A stretch of DNA of 64,000 nucleotides. It comes from Leucoraja ocellata (lineage: Eukaryota). The notes beneath the pieces were generated by a model. That model saw only the letters and a program-made list of their open reading frames with translations, was not told the DNA's origin and ran no database searches. This document shows, piece after piece, positions 1 to 14,015 of the stretch. Numbering within the stretch: position 1 is the stretch's first letter; every line of letters starts with the position of its first letter. Made by a program: the position numbers and the translations under genes. Location of the stretch: NCBI GenBank assembly GCA_036785375.1, contig JAWMAR010000076.1, positions 7,998,001-8,062,000 on the forward strand, read 5' to 3'.

Positions 1-3000
1 TAATGCCCCTGGCGGGCGATGGTAAGTCCGGCAGCCATTTAAGCCACGCCGGGCAATGTTAGGCCTTGCTTGGAGTCATTTAAACCCCGCGATTCCGGCG
101 GGAGAAGTTGCCATTGCGGGAGCTCCGAAAAGCAGTCTCCCACCAGGGACCTGTGAGCTCCCGATGTTCCTGTCCACCGGGTCTGCAGCCGGAGCCTCTG
201 AAGCTCTGAAGTCGGGTTGCAGTCGCGCGCTACCACAGCTGTCCCCGCTCCGAAGTCGGCCAGCTCCGCGATGGCGAGTCCGCAGAGTCCGCGACTAGAG
301 CCCTCAGGTTGGAGGCAGCTGCGGGCTCCACGATTTTATGCCCAACAACACCGGAGACCCGACAGGGAAAAAGGTCAGGTCCCCGTACAGGGAAGAAATT
401 AAACGGTTTCACCCCCCACACCACCCCCTACATATACACAGTTAAAAAATAATAAAAATTAGAACCAAAAACATACATCTAATGGGACAAAAACAATTTT
501 AAAAGACAGACGGACTGCAGCCGAGCCGTTGCCGTTAGGCACCGCCACTTCGCATAATTGATATTTGATGTTTTCATTCTCGAAAAGCTCTGTTCATCTA
601 CTCTATCTACGCCTCTCATCATTTTATAAACTATCAGGTCACCCCTCAGACCCCAATGCCCCAGAGAAAACCAAACATGATGTCCAACCTCTCCTTATAG
701 CTGATACACAGACAAGTCTAGGTGAACCTTTTCTGCTCCCTCACCAAAGATTCAAGATTCAAGATTCAATTTAATTGTCATTTGGACCCCTTGAGGTCCA
801 AACGAAATGCCGTTTCTGCAGCCATACATTACAAACAAATAGACCCAAGACACAACATAATTTACATAAACATACATCACAACGCTGTGATGGAAGGCCA
901 AAAAAACTTATCTCTCTTGAATCTTGAATCTTGAATCTTGATATAGTGAAAAGCTTTGTTTCCAGACAAATTACACTTTCCATGAGTACACTCCAGTCAT
1001 ACACAAGTACAACAGGTAGTGTAAAGAGAAAATTACCACACAGAATATAATGTTGTAGCATAATAGCATTAAAGTTATAGTCATACCGACCAACTTACCC
1101 ACGCCAACCAACATGCCCCGTCTAAACTAGTCCCGCCTGACTCTGTTTGGCCAATATCCCTCTATACATCTTATCCATGTACCTGTCCAAATGTTTTTGA
1201 AACATTGTGATAATGCCTCAGCTACCTCCTCTGGCAGCTCCTTCCATACACCTACCACCCTTTGTATAAAAACATTGCCCCTCAGGTTCCTGTTAAATCT
1301 TTCCTACCTCACCTTAAATCTATGTCCTCTACTTCTTGAAGTTACAGAGAAAAAGTCTTAATTTCAGCAATGAGATAAGTTGGAAGATCGGGCCGACACC
1401 CCATCTTAAGGGAGATCTCTTCAGAAGTTTAATAACAGTGGGGAAGGGCTTTTCCTGAATCTGGTGGTATGTAGTTTCAAGCTTTTATATCTTCTGCCCG
1501 AAATGAGAGAGAAGAAGAGGGAATAGCTGGGGTAAAAAAGATCCTTGACTATATTAGCTGCCTTATACAATACAATATTTATTGTCATTTGAGCCTCAGT
1601 GAGGCTCAAACAAAATTCCGTTTCCACAGCCATACAAACAAAGACAATTTCCTACAGACACACACACAATTGAATTCACACAAACATTCATAGATAGATA
1701 GATTACTTTATTAATCCCCTTATTCAGGGGAAATTCAGATGTCCTTGCAGCACACTAATAAAAATACAACATAGCATTCAAGAAGTTTAACATTAAAACA
1801 TAAAAACATCCCCCCACAGAGGTTCCCACTGTGGGGGAGGGCACAAAGTCCAGTCCCCATCCTCTTGTCCACCCAGAGTCGGGCCTATTGAGGCCTCCAC
1901 AGTCGCCGTTACGGGGCCCGATGTTCCCGGCCGTTCTCGCCGGGTGATGGTACTCCGACGTCGGGAGAACCCTCAGCAGCTTCGGGTGCCAGGAACGGCC
2001 GCCTTCTTACCGGAGTTCGCGGCTTCCAAGCCAACAGACCACGCTGGACGGAGCTTCACACACTGGCGATCTCGGCGAGAGATCCCAGGCTCCGGGATGC
2101 AAAGTTCAGCGCCGCAGCTGGCCGCTCCACAGAACCGCGGCTCCACAATGTTTTTATCGGCGGTCCCAGCATACTGGAGTTCCAGCGCAGCGACCCAGGC
2201 AAGGCATCGCCCGCTCCGCAATAGCGCTCCAGCGCTGTGCTGCTGCCAAAGCCGAGGTTCTGGCCAGGTCCCCTCAGGAAACGTCGCTCCAGGACCCGCT
2301 GGTAGGCCACGAGGACAGGTCGAAGGCGCTGCTCGGAGGAAGGCAGCCTCTCCGACCAGGTAGAGACTTGAAAAAGCAGATTCCCCCTTCCCCCCCACCA
2401 CCCCCCACACATAAAAAGATTAGACCCCCCGACTACACACTTTATCGTACTAAAAATAATAAAAAATAAGTGAAAAAAATGGACAGCTGCAGGACTGGCA
2501 GCCGTACAGGACAGTACAGCCCCACTCGAAAACCCACTGTGGTGGAAGGCAAAAAGTCTTGTGATGGAAGGCAAAATCTTTTCTCTCCCCTGTTCTCCAT
2601 GTCTCTCCTGATGTCCAAGCCCCAGGCGGGCGATGATAAGTCCCACGGCCATTTTAGGCCGTGCCAGGCAATTTACGGCCCCGCTCCCGATCTAAAAGTC
2701 ACAATGTTGGAGCCCCCGGCGGGTTCTGTAATGTCCCACGGCCATGAAGCCGCGCCGGGCGATGTACGACCCCGCTCCAGGTCGTTCCAACCCCGCGACA
2801 CGGGCTGGAGAAATCGCGTTGCGGGAGCTCCGGTAAGCGGTCTCTCCACCCGGACCCGCGAGCTACCGATGTCCCAGTCCACCAGACCTGCGGCTGCGTT
2901 GCTGGAGCCTCCGAGCCCCAGGAGTCGAGTCGCAGCAGTGAATCACCACCGCTCCCCACGCTCCGAGGCCAGCCCGTCCCACGATGGTGAGTAGTCCGCA

Positions 3001-3130
3001 GCTCCGCAGTCTCCCGAGCCCCCGGGTCGTTCAGGTTGGAGGCCGCTCCACGGTGCTAGGCCCCAACGACAACGGAGACCCGACAGGGAAAAGGTCGGGT
3101 CTCCCGGACAGGGAAGAGATTTTAAACGGA
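1..3130 (-). repeat. Cluster of GC-rich non-coding dispersed repeats (1-550, 1566-3130 with nested 1690-2520) mixed with LINE fragments
   Basis: 1690-2520 is the reverse complement of the family at 15110-15930; 1-400 resembles 2620-3125. Confidence 0.7.
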
Positions 3131-3354
3131 TCGAGACCCTTCTTTGGTCTGAAGATGGTTCTCGACCCAAAATGTCACCAAATTTTCCAAAGATGATGCC
3201 TGACCTGCTGAGTTACTGCAGCTTTGTATGTCTATCTTTAGTGTAAACCAGCATCTGCAGTTCCTTCCAACACACTTGTGCCTTTATGGTCCTTTTGTCA
3301 CATTTGGTGCCTCTAAAAGCTTTTTGCAACACAAACATGCTCCCTAGTTTATTA

Positions 3355-4034
3355 GTCAATGAAAGTAAGCATGCAGATACAGCAGGCAGTGAAAAAAGTG
3401 AATGGCATGTTGGCCTTTATAACAAGAGGAGTTGAATATAGGAGCAAATAGGTCCTTCTGCAGTTGTACAGGCCCTAGTGAGACCACACCAGGAATATTG
3501 TGTGCAGTTTTGGTCCCCTAATTTGAGGAAGGCCATTCTTGCTATTGAGGGAGTGTAGCGTAGGTTTACAAGGTTAATTACCGGGATGGCGCGACTGTCA
3601 TATGCTGAGCGAATGGAGCGGCTTGGCTTGTATACTCTGTGGAGTTTAGAAGGATAGAGGGGATCTTATTGAAACATAAGATTATCAAGGGTTTGGACAC
3701 GCTAGAGGCAGGAAACATGTTCCCAATGTTGGGGGAGCCCAGAACCAGGGGCCATATTTTAAGAATAAGGGGTAGGCCATTTAAAGCGGAGATGAGGAAA
3801 AACATTTTCACCCAGAGAGTTACGAATCTGTGGAATTATCTGCCTCAGAAGGCAGTGGAGTCCAGTTCTCTGGATGCTTTCAAGAGAGAGTTCGATAAAG
3901 CTCTTAAAGATAGGGATATGGGGAGAAGGCAGGATTGTGAATGATCAGCCATGTTCACAGTGAATGGCGGTGCTGGCTCAAAGGGCCAAATGGCCTAATA
4001 CTGCACCTATTGTCTCTTGTTTATTGTCTATTGG
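3355..4034 (+). mobile_element. CR1 LINE 3' fragment
   Basis: RTRGH, FTQRV, NLWNYLP motifs; (TATTGTC)n tail. Confidence 0.85.
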
Positions 4035-4284
4035 CTATACTAAATGAATTTTACTAAAATACTAGCTTTGTTCAGGATATACTGCTCAGTTTAACACAAT
4101 TACAGTCAACAAACACTTACATAGAACAGGATTTATCCATTGACATTCAGTGTTTGTACTTTTACCAAAAGGATTGTTGGTCATTTCAGTGCTGAGTGGA
4201 AGTGTGGAGCTCAGATGAAAAGAAAATGAAACTACAAATTGGGAATGAATGTGCAGAATATTCATAAATATCCATGAGTTTATG

Positions 4285-4590
4285 AACCAGGGTCCACAGT
4301 TTAAAAATAAGGGGTAAGCAATTTACAACAGAGAAAAGGAAACACTTTTTCTCACAGAGAGTTGTGAGTCTGAAATTCTCTGCCTCAGAGGTCGGTGGAG
4401 GCCGGTTCTCTGGATACTTTCAAGCGAGAGCTAGATAGGGCTCTAAAAGATAGCGGAGTCAGGGGATACGGGGAGAAGGCAGGAACCCAGGTACTGATTG
4501 GAGATGATCAGCCATGATCACATTAAATGGTGGTGCTGGCTCGAAGGGCTGAATGGCCTACACCTGCACCGATTGTTTATGGTCTATTTC
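4285..4590 (+). mobile_element. CR1 LINE 3' fragment
   Basis: Same 3' end family as 3355-4034. Confidence 0.75.
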
Positions 4591-6104
4591 CTTTTTGTGG
4601 CAGTGATTCCTGTAACTTCCTTTGATGGTGGGGAGGTCAGAACCGACGATGGACTGGGCAGCGATCACCAGTTTTTGCAATCTTATTCACTCCTGGGTGT
4701 TTGAGTGGCCGAACCCTGATGCAACCAGTCAATATGTTCTCAACTGTATATCTGTAGAAGTTCAAGAGTTAAAATGGAATTGCAAGTTCCTTTTTCTAAC
4801 TATTATTGCAGTTGTATTTAAGCAATGAGGAACACCGTTATTTCGAAACATGTTTCAAAATATGGATTGTAAAAGGCAGGTCTCTTTCTTTAGGTAACTA
4901 GGGTGCTAGGAAAAGTTTAAACATTCTCTAAGTGTTGGGGAAATTCAAGAGAAATCGTGGCAGAATTTCCACCATTGCGCCCATCAACCAGATTGTTTAT
5001 TGCAGTGCAGGATATGTGTCAAGAGTCAAGAGTGTTTTATTGTCATATGTCCCAGATAGAACAACATTCTTTAATTCATTAGCACAACAGAATATGTAAA
5101 CATAGTACACTGTAAACAACATAATAAATGAGAAAAAAAGGTTCAGTGAATGTAGTTATATCTGAAGAAGGATATCGACCTGAAACATCACACTTGAAGA
5201 AGGATCGCGACCTGAAATATCACCCATTCCTTCTCTCCAGAGATGCTGCCTGCCCCACTGAGTTACTCCAGCTTTTTGCCATGCAATGTGTTCACTTATG
5301 TTCTCGGCTGGTTTCGACAAGATACTGTAATACTGGCCTTTTGGATCCTGCACTCTTTGCAGAGCACAATGAAGTTGGCTGACCAATTGACTGTATGGAT
5401 TGCTACTCAATTGCTAACAGTATGGGATGGACGCATTTTGACCTTGTTTTTCCTTATTAATTAAATTGAGCAATTGATGGATCCGAATTTGAGGTAGTTC
5501 CATAAACATACCATCTGCGGTGCAGTGTAAGACCGCTCCCAGTTTGCACAGAGCCTGTCTTCCCAGTAACGGCAGTTCTAGAGATTATAAAAATATCAGT
5601 GCGGGACTGGATACCATCCCTGTTGGGCGTTCCCTTGCTGTTGCTCCAGAGGGACGTAAGAGTTACTTTGTCCTTCAATCTTAAAGTTATATACAGCAGT
5701 ACAACTATAACTGACAACACTACCACATGCTTTGTGTTATAGACACAGGACCCTTATTTTCCTCTTTTTGTTTACCATCTGCTTCCTCCTTCTATGGGGG
5801 TTGGTGTATTTTCACTATCTATCCATTTCTTCATCAGAGATAGCTTAAAGCTTCCCCCGTACGGCAAATCTCCGTTTGACCAATCATCCAGATCGCTACT
5901 AAAAGTTACCACGTACAGTATCGGTCAACTCTGGTCTCTTTTATTACAACATCAGCTGGTGATCCCAGCGTGATGGGGTAGATGCTTAGATGTTTGCACG
6001 TGTGAAAGAATCTTGACAGAGGGAATATATTATAATAAATGCCTGGTCATTTAAAATACTAAGGTGTGTAGACATTTTTGCAGAGAGTAGTGAATTTCTG
6101 AAAT

Positions 6105-6425
6105 TGGGCGGCATGGTGGTGCAGCGCTAGAGTTGCTGCCTTACAGCCCTTGCAGCGCCAGAGACCCGGGTTTGATCCCGAATGTGGGTGCTGTCTGTAC
6201 AGAGTTTGTACATTCTCCCCATTACCGTGTGGGTTTTCTCAGATCTTTGGTTTCCTCCCACACTCCAAAGGCATACAGGTTTGTAGGTTAATAGGCTTGG
6301 TTTAAGTGTAAATTGTCCCTAATTTATTTAGGATAGTGTTAATGTGCAGGGATCGCTGGCTGGTGCAGACTCAGTGGGCTGAAGCGACTGTTTCCGCTCT
6401 GTATCTCTAAACTACACTAAACTCT
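6105..6425 (+). mobile_element. tRNA-derived V-SINE (HE1-type)
   Basis: A/B-box-like head, V-domain GGTTTCCTCCCACACTCCAAAG, (CTAAA)n tail. Confidence 0.8.
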
Positions 6426-9400
6426 GCCTCAGGGAGTTGTAGAAGTTAGACAACTAAAAGTACTTAAGGTGGAGGTAGACAACCTTTTGAGGGATCGGGA
6501 GGATTGAGGGCGATTGTGCACAGAGGATGAGATGAGTTCTGGGCAGGTCAGCCATGATCATATTGAATGGTGAGGGAAGCTTGAGGGGCCTGGATAGGAA
6601 TTACCTACTTCTCTTTGTTGAGGGATCAAAACACAGTGAACCAAAATTAAAAATAGTTGCAGAAGCATTGGAGGCATGATGTGGGTAAAAAAATAGCAGA
6701 GTGGGAGGGGTTGAGAAGTAGCTGCTTGAGTGAAACAGGATGACGGATGCTGAGAGAATTTTTAAATGGAAGGCTCTGTGGATTGGTTCTCCCCAGACAC
6801 TTGCTTTTGGTTAACATAAAATACAACATTTATGAAGCTTGCAGTTAATATCAAAAATTGGCAGTGTTACTGATAGTGAAGAAGAATGTTTGCTGCCACT
6901 GGAGGGCAGCACTAGATTGTCCATTGATTGGGTGGCATGTGGAATTCAATCCAGAGAAGTGTGAAGTGATCGATGGACACAACATGCTGCAGTGACTGAG
7001 TGGGTCAGGCAGTATCGCTGGAGAAAAGGATAGGTGGCATTTTGGGTCGAGACCCTTCTTCAGACCAACCAGGCCTTCTTCGTGTCTGAAAAAGGGTCTC
7101 GACCCAAAATGCCATCTGTTCCTGTTCTCCAGAGATGCTTCTCACCTGCTGATTTACTACAACGTTTTGTGTCTATCTTTTATGTAAACCAGCATCTGCA
7201 GTTCCTTCCAGCACTCTTTGTCTGTTCCACTGCGAAATCTGCTCATGGTATGCCTATCTCGAAGAGGTTCTCCTCTGATGGGAGTTCTGCAACACCCTTT
7301 CTGGCTGCTACTCCTTTCGCTCTGAAGAAGTGTCTCGACCTGAAACATCCTCTAGCATTTTGTGTCTACCTTCGGTGTAAACCAGCATCTACAGTTCCTT
7401 CCTATACACTGTGAAGTGATAGATTTTGGGCAGGTCCAACTTGGTTAGCTCCTGGTAGCCGAACCCCCTGATGGGCATCCGGGCATTCTGGATCAGAGCA
7501 CACCACCACTCCTTTGGGATTGGCATTAGAGAGCAACTGGACACTGGAATATCTTGAAAAGATAAGACTATTGTTTAAAGTCATTGGTGAGTAAAGGCAA
7601 CTCTGGCATGATTGGGATACATGAATGATTAATTTAAATATAACACCAAACGATGTTCAAAATAACCGGGATGACATGCGTTAAGAAGAGAGTGGTTTGA
7701 TATTGACGGATCTAAAATATATGTCGACATATTTTCCCGCAATAAATTCCATCTTCCATAGTCTGGCCACTCAATGCCTCTGTCTGTATCTTTGTAATTT
7801 GCACGACATCCTCTGCTTCCTAATTCAGTCGTGTCTGTAAACATGGAACATCACGTGAACAAGTGTGAACATCCGGTCACTGTCTAAACTATTAACTGAG
7901 TTTCACTCGCAACTTTGCTGTCTGACCCGCTAAATGCTTCCAGGATTTTCCTTCAGATCTGATTTTACTTTTATATATAACTCTGAATTCTCCCATCTGG
8001 TTAAAAGTGCAGATCCCTAAGGATTACCAAGGATTGCCATTTGACACACTCAGCGAATCAAGGAACTTCTCTGTCTCTTGTTTTACAAAGTTACTTCATA
8101 TTTTGTGTGCTCACATTTTTGGAACCTAATGAAATACTTTCTGCAAATTAAATGGAGGCAATATCCACAAAAATTTCATCATCATCATTACTGTCAATGA
8201 GGGAGGAGTTGCCATCTTCAAGCCATATTACTGAGCTCTCTATCCCCTTCTCCTATGTCTGTTAAAAAGACTGATTGCTGACAAGACTCTCAACTGTTCA
8301 TGTACCAAGTCTCACATTTGCACTCTCAATCCCTCTCTGTCCACCCAGAACAAGGATAGGGTTCCCCTTGTCCTCATCTCCCACCTCTGTCAGTTCCACA
8401 TTGTCCCACAGAGCAATTGTGGCAAAGGACATTGGCTTAGAATAGCAGATTGCCACTAGTCACAGACCTCCAACCAGAATATTTTCCTTCCACATCCCTG
8501 TGTCCATGAATAAGCCATTTCTGAATGCATATGACCAAGTCATCGTGAAATACAGACATCTTACATTTCTGGATCAGTTTATCATGAGAGAACTTATCAA
8601 AAGCCTTACTAAAATCCATGTCTACAACATCCACTGCCTAACCTTCATCAGTTAATAGTGCAACTCCTCCAGTACATTTACTCCCTCTCTACCACACCTG
8701 ATACATCAAACCCTGGAACATTAAGCTGCAAGTTATGTCCTGTTTGATAGTTTTGATATCTGTTGATCCTACATACGGAATAGGTTCTTAAACTAAATCA
8801 TTATCTATTTCCAGGCTTACTAAAAATGTTCTCATTCGGATAACAATATTGGTTAGTACGGGTGTCAGAGGTTATGGGGGAGAAGGCAGGAGAATGGGGT
8901 TGGAAGGGAGAGATAGATCAGCCATGATTGAATGGTGGCGTAGACTTGATGGGCTGAATGACCTAATTCTGCTCCTATCACTTATGATCACATGATCCTA
9001 TGATATGATACTCATTTAGTTTTAGGTTTTTGCTAGATCTCCATGTGCGGGCAGTAGAGGGTCAGGTAGAGGTAATGGTGATTGGCATTTCAGTGGGAGA
9101 ACATTTTTGGAACAGTGTTCACAACTCCATCAGAATTTTAAGATAGTTCTGATTAAGGATACATCTGGACTGCGGGGGAACAAATTACAACACTTTTGGT
9201 CACCAGTTAGAGGGATTAATTTGGGAGCAGCTGCTCTTGGGTCAGTCCACATCTAACGTGGGAGTCATTTGAAGACCAAAGTTCAAGACTGGTATGAGTA
9301 GGAAGGAATTTCAGATGCTGGTTTAAACCGCAGATAGACACAAAAAGCTGGAGTAACTCGGCAGGACAGGCCACATTTCTGGAGAGAAGTAATGGGTGAC

Positions 9401-10114
9401 TTTTCGGGTCAAGACCCTTCCTCAGACTAGATAGGGATAAGGGAAACTAGAGATATAGATGATGATGTAGAGAGATAAAGAACAATGAATGAAAGATATG
9501 CAAAAAATAATGATGATAAAGGAAACAGGCCATTGTTAGCTGTTGTCGGGTGAAAACGAGAAGCTGGTGCGACTTGGGTGGGGGAGGGATAGAGAGAGAG
9601 GGAATGCTGGGGTAACTTGAGGAGTAGGGAAAGAATGGGAAGCAGACAGCAAAACTTTGTAAATTTGGCCAAAAAGGAAACAGACCCATTTGTAATATGT
9701 AGGAAGATGAAATCAGACATTAACTTTAAGGAATATAAAGAACGCAGGAAGGAACTAAAGCAGGGAAGTAGGATGACCAAAGGGGCCATGAAATGCCCTT
9801 GACAAACAGAATTAACAACAATCCCAAGGCATTTAGACACACATTTAAACAAGTGGGTAACTAGCGAGAAGATGGGATCACACAGCGCAAAAGGAGGGAT
9901 TTAAAGCTTGGAGTCAGAGGATGCAGGTGAGGTACTAAAGGAGTACTTTGCATCAATATTCAACAAGGTGAAGGACATGTAGCAGAGGAGATCAGTGGGG
10001 TTCACCTCCTATGCCAGTACGTTTACAAATAACACAAAAATGTATGGATTGTGGACAGTGAAGAAGGCTGGCAGAAGATCCAGAAGATTATACATACATT
10101 CACAATCCAACACA

Positions 10115-10335
10115 CATTAGGGACAATTTTACATTGATATCAAGCCAATTAACCTACTAACCTATATGTCTTTGGAGTGTGGGAGGAAACAAAAGATCTC
10201 GGAGAAAACCGACCTGGTCACGGGGAGAATGTACAAATTTGGTAGAGACAGCACCTGTAGTCAGGATCAAACCCGGGTCTTAGGCACTGTAAGCTCTGTA
10301 AGGCAGCAACTCTACCGCTGCACCACCGTGCCACT
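10115..10335 (-). mobile_element. V-SINE (HE1-type)
   Basis: Reverse-complement match to 6105-6425. Confidence 0.75.
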
Positions 10336-10887
10336 CTTAGACATTGGGTTTAAGGTGAGAAGAGAAAAATTTAAAGAAGATACAAAGCCGTCTTTTTGGC
10401 TATATTTAGGCACCTGGAATGTACTGTCAGTGGTGATTGTGGATACGATAGTAGCATTTAAGAACATTTTAGATAGGCAAGTAAATATGCAGGAAATGGA
10501 GGGATGTGCAGGCAGAAGAGATTAGTTTAAGTAGGCGGCATGTTCAGCGCAGACATCATGGGTCGTAGGGCCTAATGGTGAAAGTTCTTGCTGCTACACT
10601 CTGTTTTTCTTACAACTGCATCCTCCCTACCAATCTCCCCAATTGGGAGCAGAATTGTACTGCAGATCAATCTTTAAGCCAATGGTCCACATCCAATACA
10701 AGAGGAGTAGGGTTCTAATGGTGGGGGATTTATACTTCTCCAATATTGACTGAGAGTGCATTAGTGCAAAGGGTTTAAATGGGGAAGAATTAGTAAAGTG
10801 AACCCGGGAGAGTTCAGCCAATGTGTAGATAGTCCTATTAGCTGCACTGGACCTAATCTTGGGAAATAAGGCTGGGCTAATGGTAGC

Positions 10888-11890
10888 AGTTCAAGTTCAA
10901 GTTCAAGTTTATTGTCATGTGTCCCTGATAGGACAATGATATTCTTGCTTTGCTTCAGCACACAGAACATAGTAGGCATTTACTACAAAACACATGAATT
11001 AATAAACTGATAAAGTGCAAATAACAAATAATGGGTTATTAATGTTCAGTTTTGGCTGAGCCAGGTTTAATAGCATGATGGCTGTGGGGTTCCTGAACCT
11101 GGTTGTTGCAGTCTTCAGGCTCCTGTACCTTCTGCCTGAAGGTAGCAGGGAGATGAGTGTGTGGCCAGGGTGGTGTGGGTCTTTGATGATACTGCCAGCC
11201 TTTTTGAGGCAGCGACTTCGATAAATCCCCTCGATGGAAGGAAGGTCAGAGCCGATGATGGACTGGGCAGTGTTTACTACTTTTTGTAGTCTCTTCCTCT
11301 CCAGGGCGCTCAAGTTGCCGAACCAAGCCACGATGCAACCGGTCAGCATGCTCTCTATTGTGCACCTGGAGAAGTTAGAGAGAGTCCTCCTTGACAAACC
11401 GACTGTCCGTAATCTTCTCAGGAAGTAGAGGCGCTGATGTGCTTTTTTGATAATTGCATCAGTGTTCTCGGACCAGGAAAGATCTTCCGAGATGTGCACA
11501 CCCAGGAATTTGAAGCTCTTGACCCTTTCAACCATTGACCCGTTTATATAAACAGGACTGTGGGTCCCCATCCTACTCCTTCCAAAGTCCACAATCAGTT
11601 CCTTGATTTTGCTGGTGTTGAGGGTCAGGTTATTGTGCTGGCACCATATGGACAGTTGCTCAATCTCTCTTCTATACTCGGACTCATCCCCATCAGTGAT
11701 ACGTCCCACAATAGTGGTGTCGTCAGCGAACTTGATGATGGAGTTCCCACTATGACCGGCTACGCAGTCATGAGTATAGAGTGAGTACAGCAGAGGGCTG
11801 AGCACGTAGCCTTGAGGTGCTCCCGTGCTGATTGTTATCGAGTCTGACACATTTCCACCAATATGAACAGACTGTGGTCTGTGGATCCCT
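10888..11890 (-). mobile_element. Rex1/Babar-type non-LTR retrotransposon, 5'-truncated
   Basis: GAPQGYVLSPLLYSLYTHDC, KFADD, KKAHQRLYFLRRL; AATAAA followed by (CTTGAA)n tail. Confidence 0.85.
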
Positions 11891-12349
11891 GGAGCATGGA
11901 GACACAAGATATGGCAGATATTGGAATGTGGAGCAATAAACAAAATGCAAGAGGAACTCGGCAAATCAGGCAACCACTGGTAAGGGAAATGGACAGTTGA
12001 AGTTTGGCGTCCAGACTGGTCCACATATGCTGCCTGACAGGCTGAGTTCTTCCAGGAAATCTTCTTTTTAACAATGGATCATTTTATTGGTGTTATTTTA
12101 TTGGTGTTATTTTATTGGTGTTAATTTGCTTTAAGTTTCAAGACAGTTATGGAAAGGGAGAAAATTGGTGCGGAGGACAAGATCCTAAATTGGGGAAGCC
12201 TGATTTCAATAAGGCAGCACCTGGTGGAAGCAGATTGGGAGCATTTGGTTGTAGGAGTCTTCTAATAGTGAGATTTGTGCAGTTTCAGAGCTAACAATCC
12301 TGGAGAAGTGAAAGGTTAAGATAGTAGGATCAGGGAACACAAAGCGACG

Positions 12350-12632
12350 AGCACCGAGCCCATGCCGACCATTGATTACCTGTTCACACTAGTTCTATGT
12401 TATCCCACTTCTCATCCACTCCCTACACAATAGAGGCAATTTATAGAGGCCAACTAACCTACAAACGCGCACATCTTTGGAATGCGGGGGGAAACCGGTG
12501 CTCCCGGTGGAAACCCATGTGGTCACACAGGGAGAACATGCAAACGCCACACAGACAGCACCTGAGATCAGGATTGAAGCCGGGTCTCTGGCTCTGTGAG
12601 GCAGCAGTCTTCATGCACCAACGTGGCACCCA
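12350..12632 (-). mobile_element. V-SINE
   Basis: Reverse-complement tRNA head and V-domain. Confidence 0.7.
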
Positions 12633-13444
12633 CATTTGATGAAGTAAAGGGAAGCATTTGGCAGGCATAGGCAAATGAAAACAGGAAGGAAAGACACTTG
12701 GGTTTAAACAGAGCAAAAGGCTACTTTAAAAAAAAAATTAGGAGAGGAAAGGGGCAGGAAAAAATTAAAAATTAAGAAGAATCCCAAGGATTGAACAATT
12801 GTATTAGAGTAAGAGGGTAACCAGGGAAAGAGTAGGAGCCAAGGAAAGGGAGGGCTGTTGCAAAGAACAATGGGGACCCGGCATGGGGGGGATTGCATTG
12901 AGGGACGGTGGGAGAACAAAGTGGGAACTGGTGTCTGGGGCACTTTAGTTTTAAAATCCTCTTCCTAGGGCATAAGCATGTGTTTGTTTGTTTTGTTTGT
13001 TCGTTCGTTCTGGTTAAGGCGCTGTACACACAGCAGCCAGCCAACAGTTGCTTGTCTTTTTCTTTTTTTTCATTTTTAATTTGAGTACCTTGTATTTGTA
13101 TTTGAGTACCTTGAGTTTTGTTACTGTTGGCAGAACAATTTCCCTCCGGGGATGAATAAAATGTTATCGTATTGTATCGTAGAACTGCTGCCAGATGCTG
13201 TGAAGTTTTGTATCCAGTGCCCGACAGGAGAGGGGACAAGTAGGAATAACAGGGGAGTGAATGGTCTTTCACTATGTTGGTTGCTTTCCCGAGGCAGCGT
13301 GGAGTGTAGGGTAGAGTAATTGTCAAACTAGGCTGTGATGTAATCAACAGGATGCTTTATGCGGTCCATGTGTAGACATTTGTAAGTGCTGTTGGAACAA
13401 TGTTGAATTTCCTTAGTCTTCATCCGACTGCAACAAAATCTTAC

Positions 13445-14015
13445 ATATACATAGAAACATAGAAACATAGAAAATAGGTGCAGGAGTAGGCCATTCGGCA
13501 CTTCGAGCCTGCACCACCATTCAATATGATCATGGCTGATCATCCAACTCAGTATCCTGTACCTGCTTTCTCTTCATACCACCTGATCCCTTTAGCCACA
13601 AGTGCCACATCTAACTAGAGAATTCCAGAGATTCACTCTCTGTGTGAAAATTCTTTTTCTCAACTCAGTCCTAAAAGATTTCCCCTTTATCCTTAAACTA
13701 TGACCTCTTGTTCTGGACTTCCCCAACATCGGGAACAATCTTCCTGCATCTAGCATGTCCAACCCCTTAAGAATTTTGTAAGTTTCTATAAGATCCCCCC
13801 TCAAATTTCTAAATTCTAGCGAGTACAAGCCAAGTCCATCCAGTCTTTTTTCATATGAAAGTCCTGACATCCCAGGAATCAGTCTGGTGAACCTTCTCTG
13901 TACTCCCTCTATGGCAAGAATGTCCTTCCACAGATTAGGAGAACAAAGCTGTACGCTATACTCCAGGTGTGGTCTCACCAAGACCCTGTACAACTGCAGT
14001 GGAACCTCCCTGCTC
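13445..14015 (-). mobile_element. CR1 LINE 3' fragment
   Basis: ORF 13592-13993 [15 protein letters not shown]; (CATAGAAA)n tail. Confidence 0.88.

Noticed and set aside
1944-3196. Overlapping 70-198 aa ORFs on both strands (also 15249-15741, 25161-25681)
   Set aside because: GC-rich repeat sequence; frames are not conserved between copies and no domain is recognisable.
7470-7592. Strong donor ATTG|GTGAGT as candidate leader exon
   Set aside because: No in-frame ATG and no signal-peptide character in the phase-1 frame.
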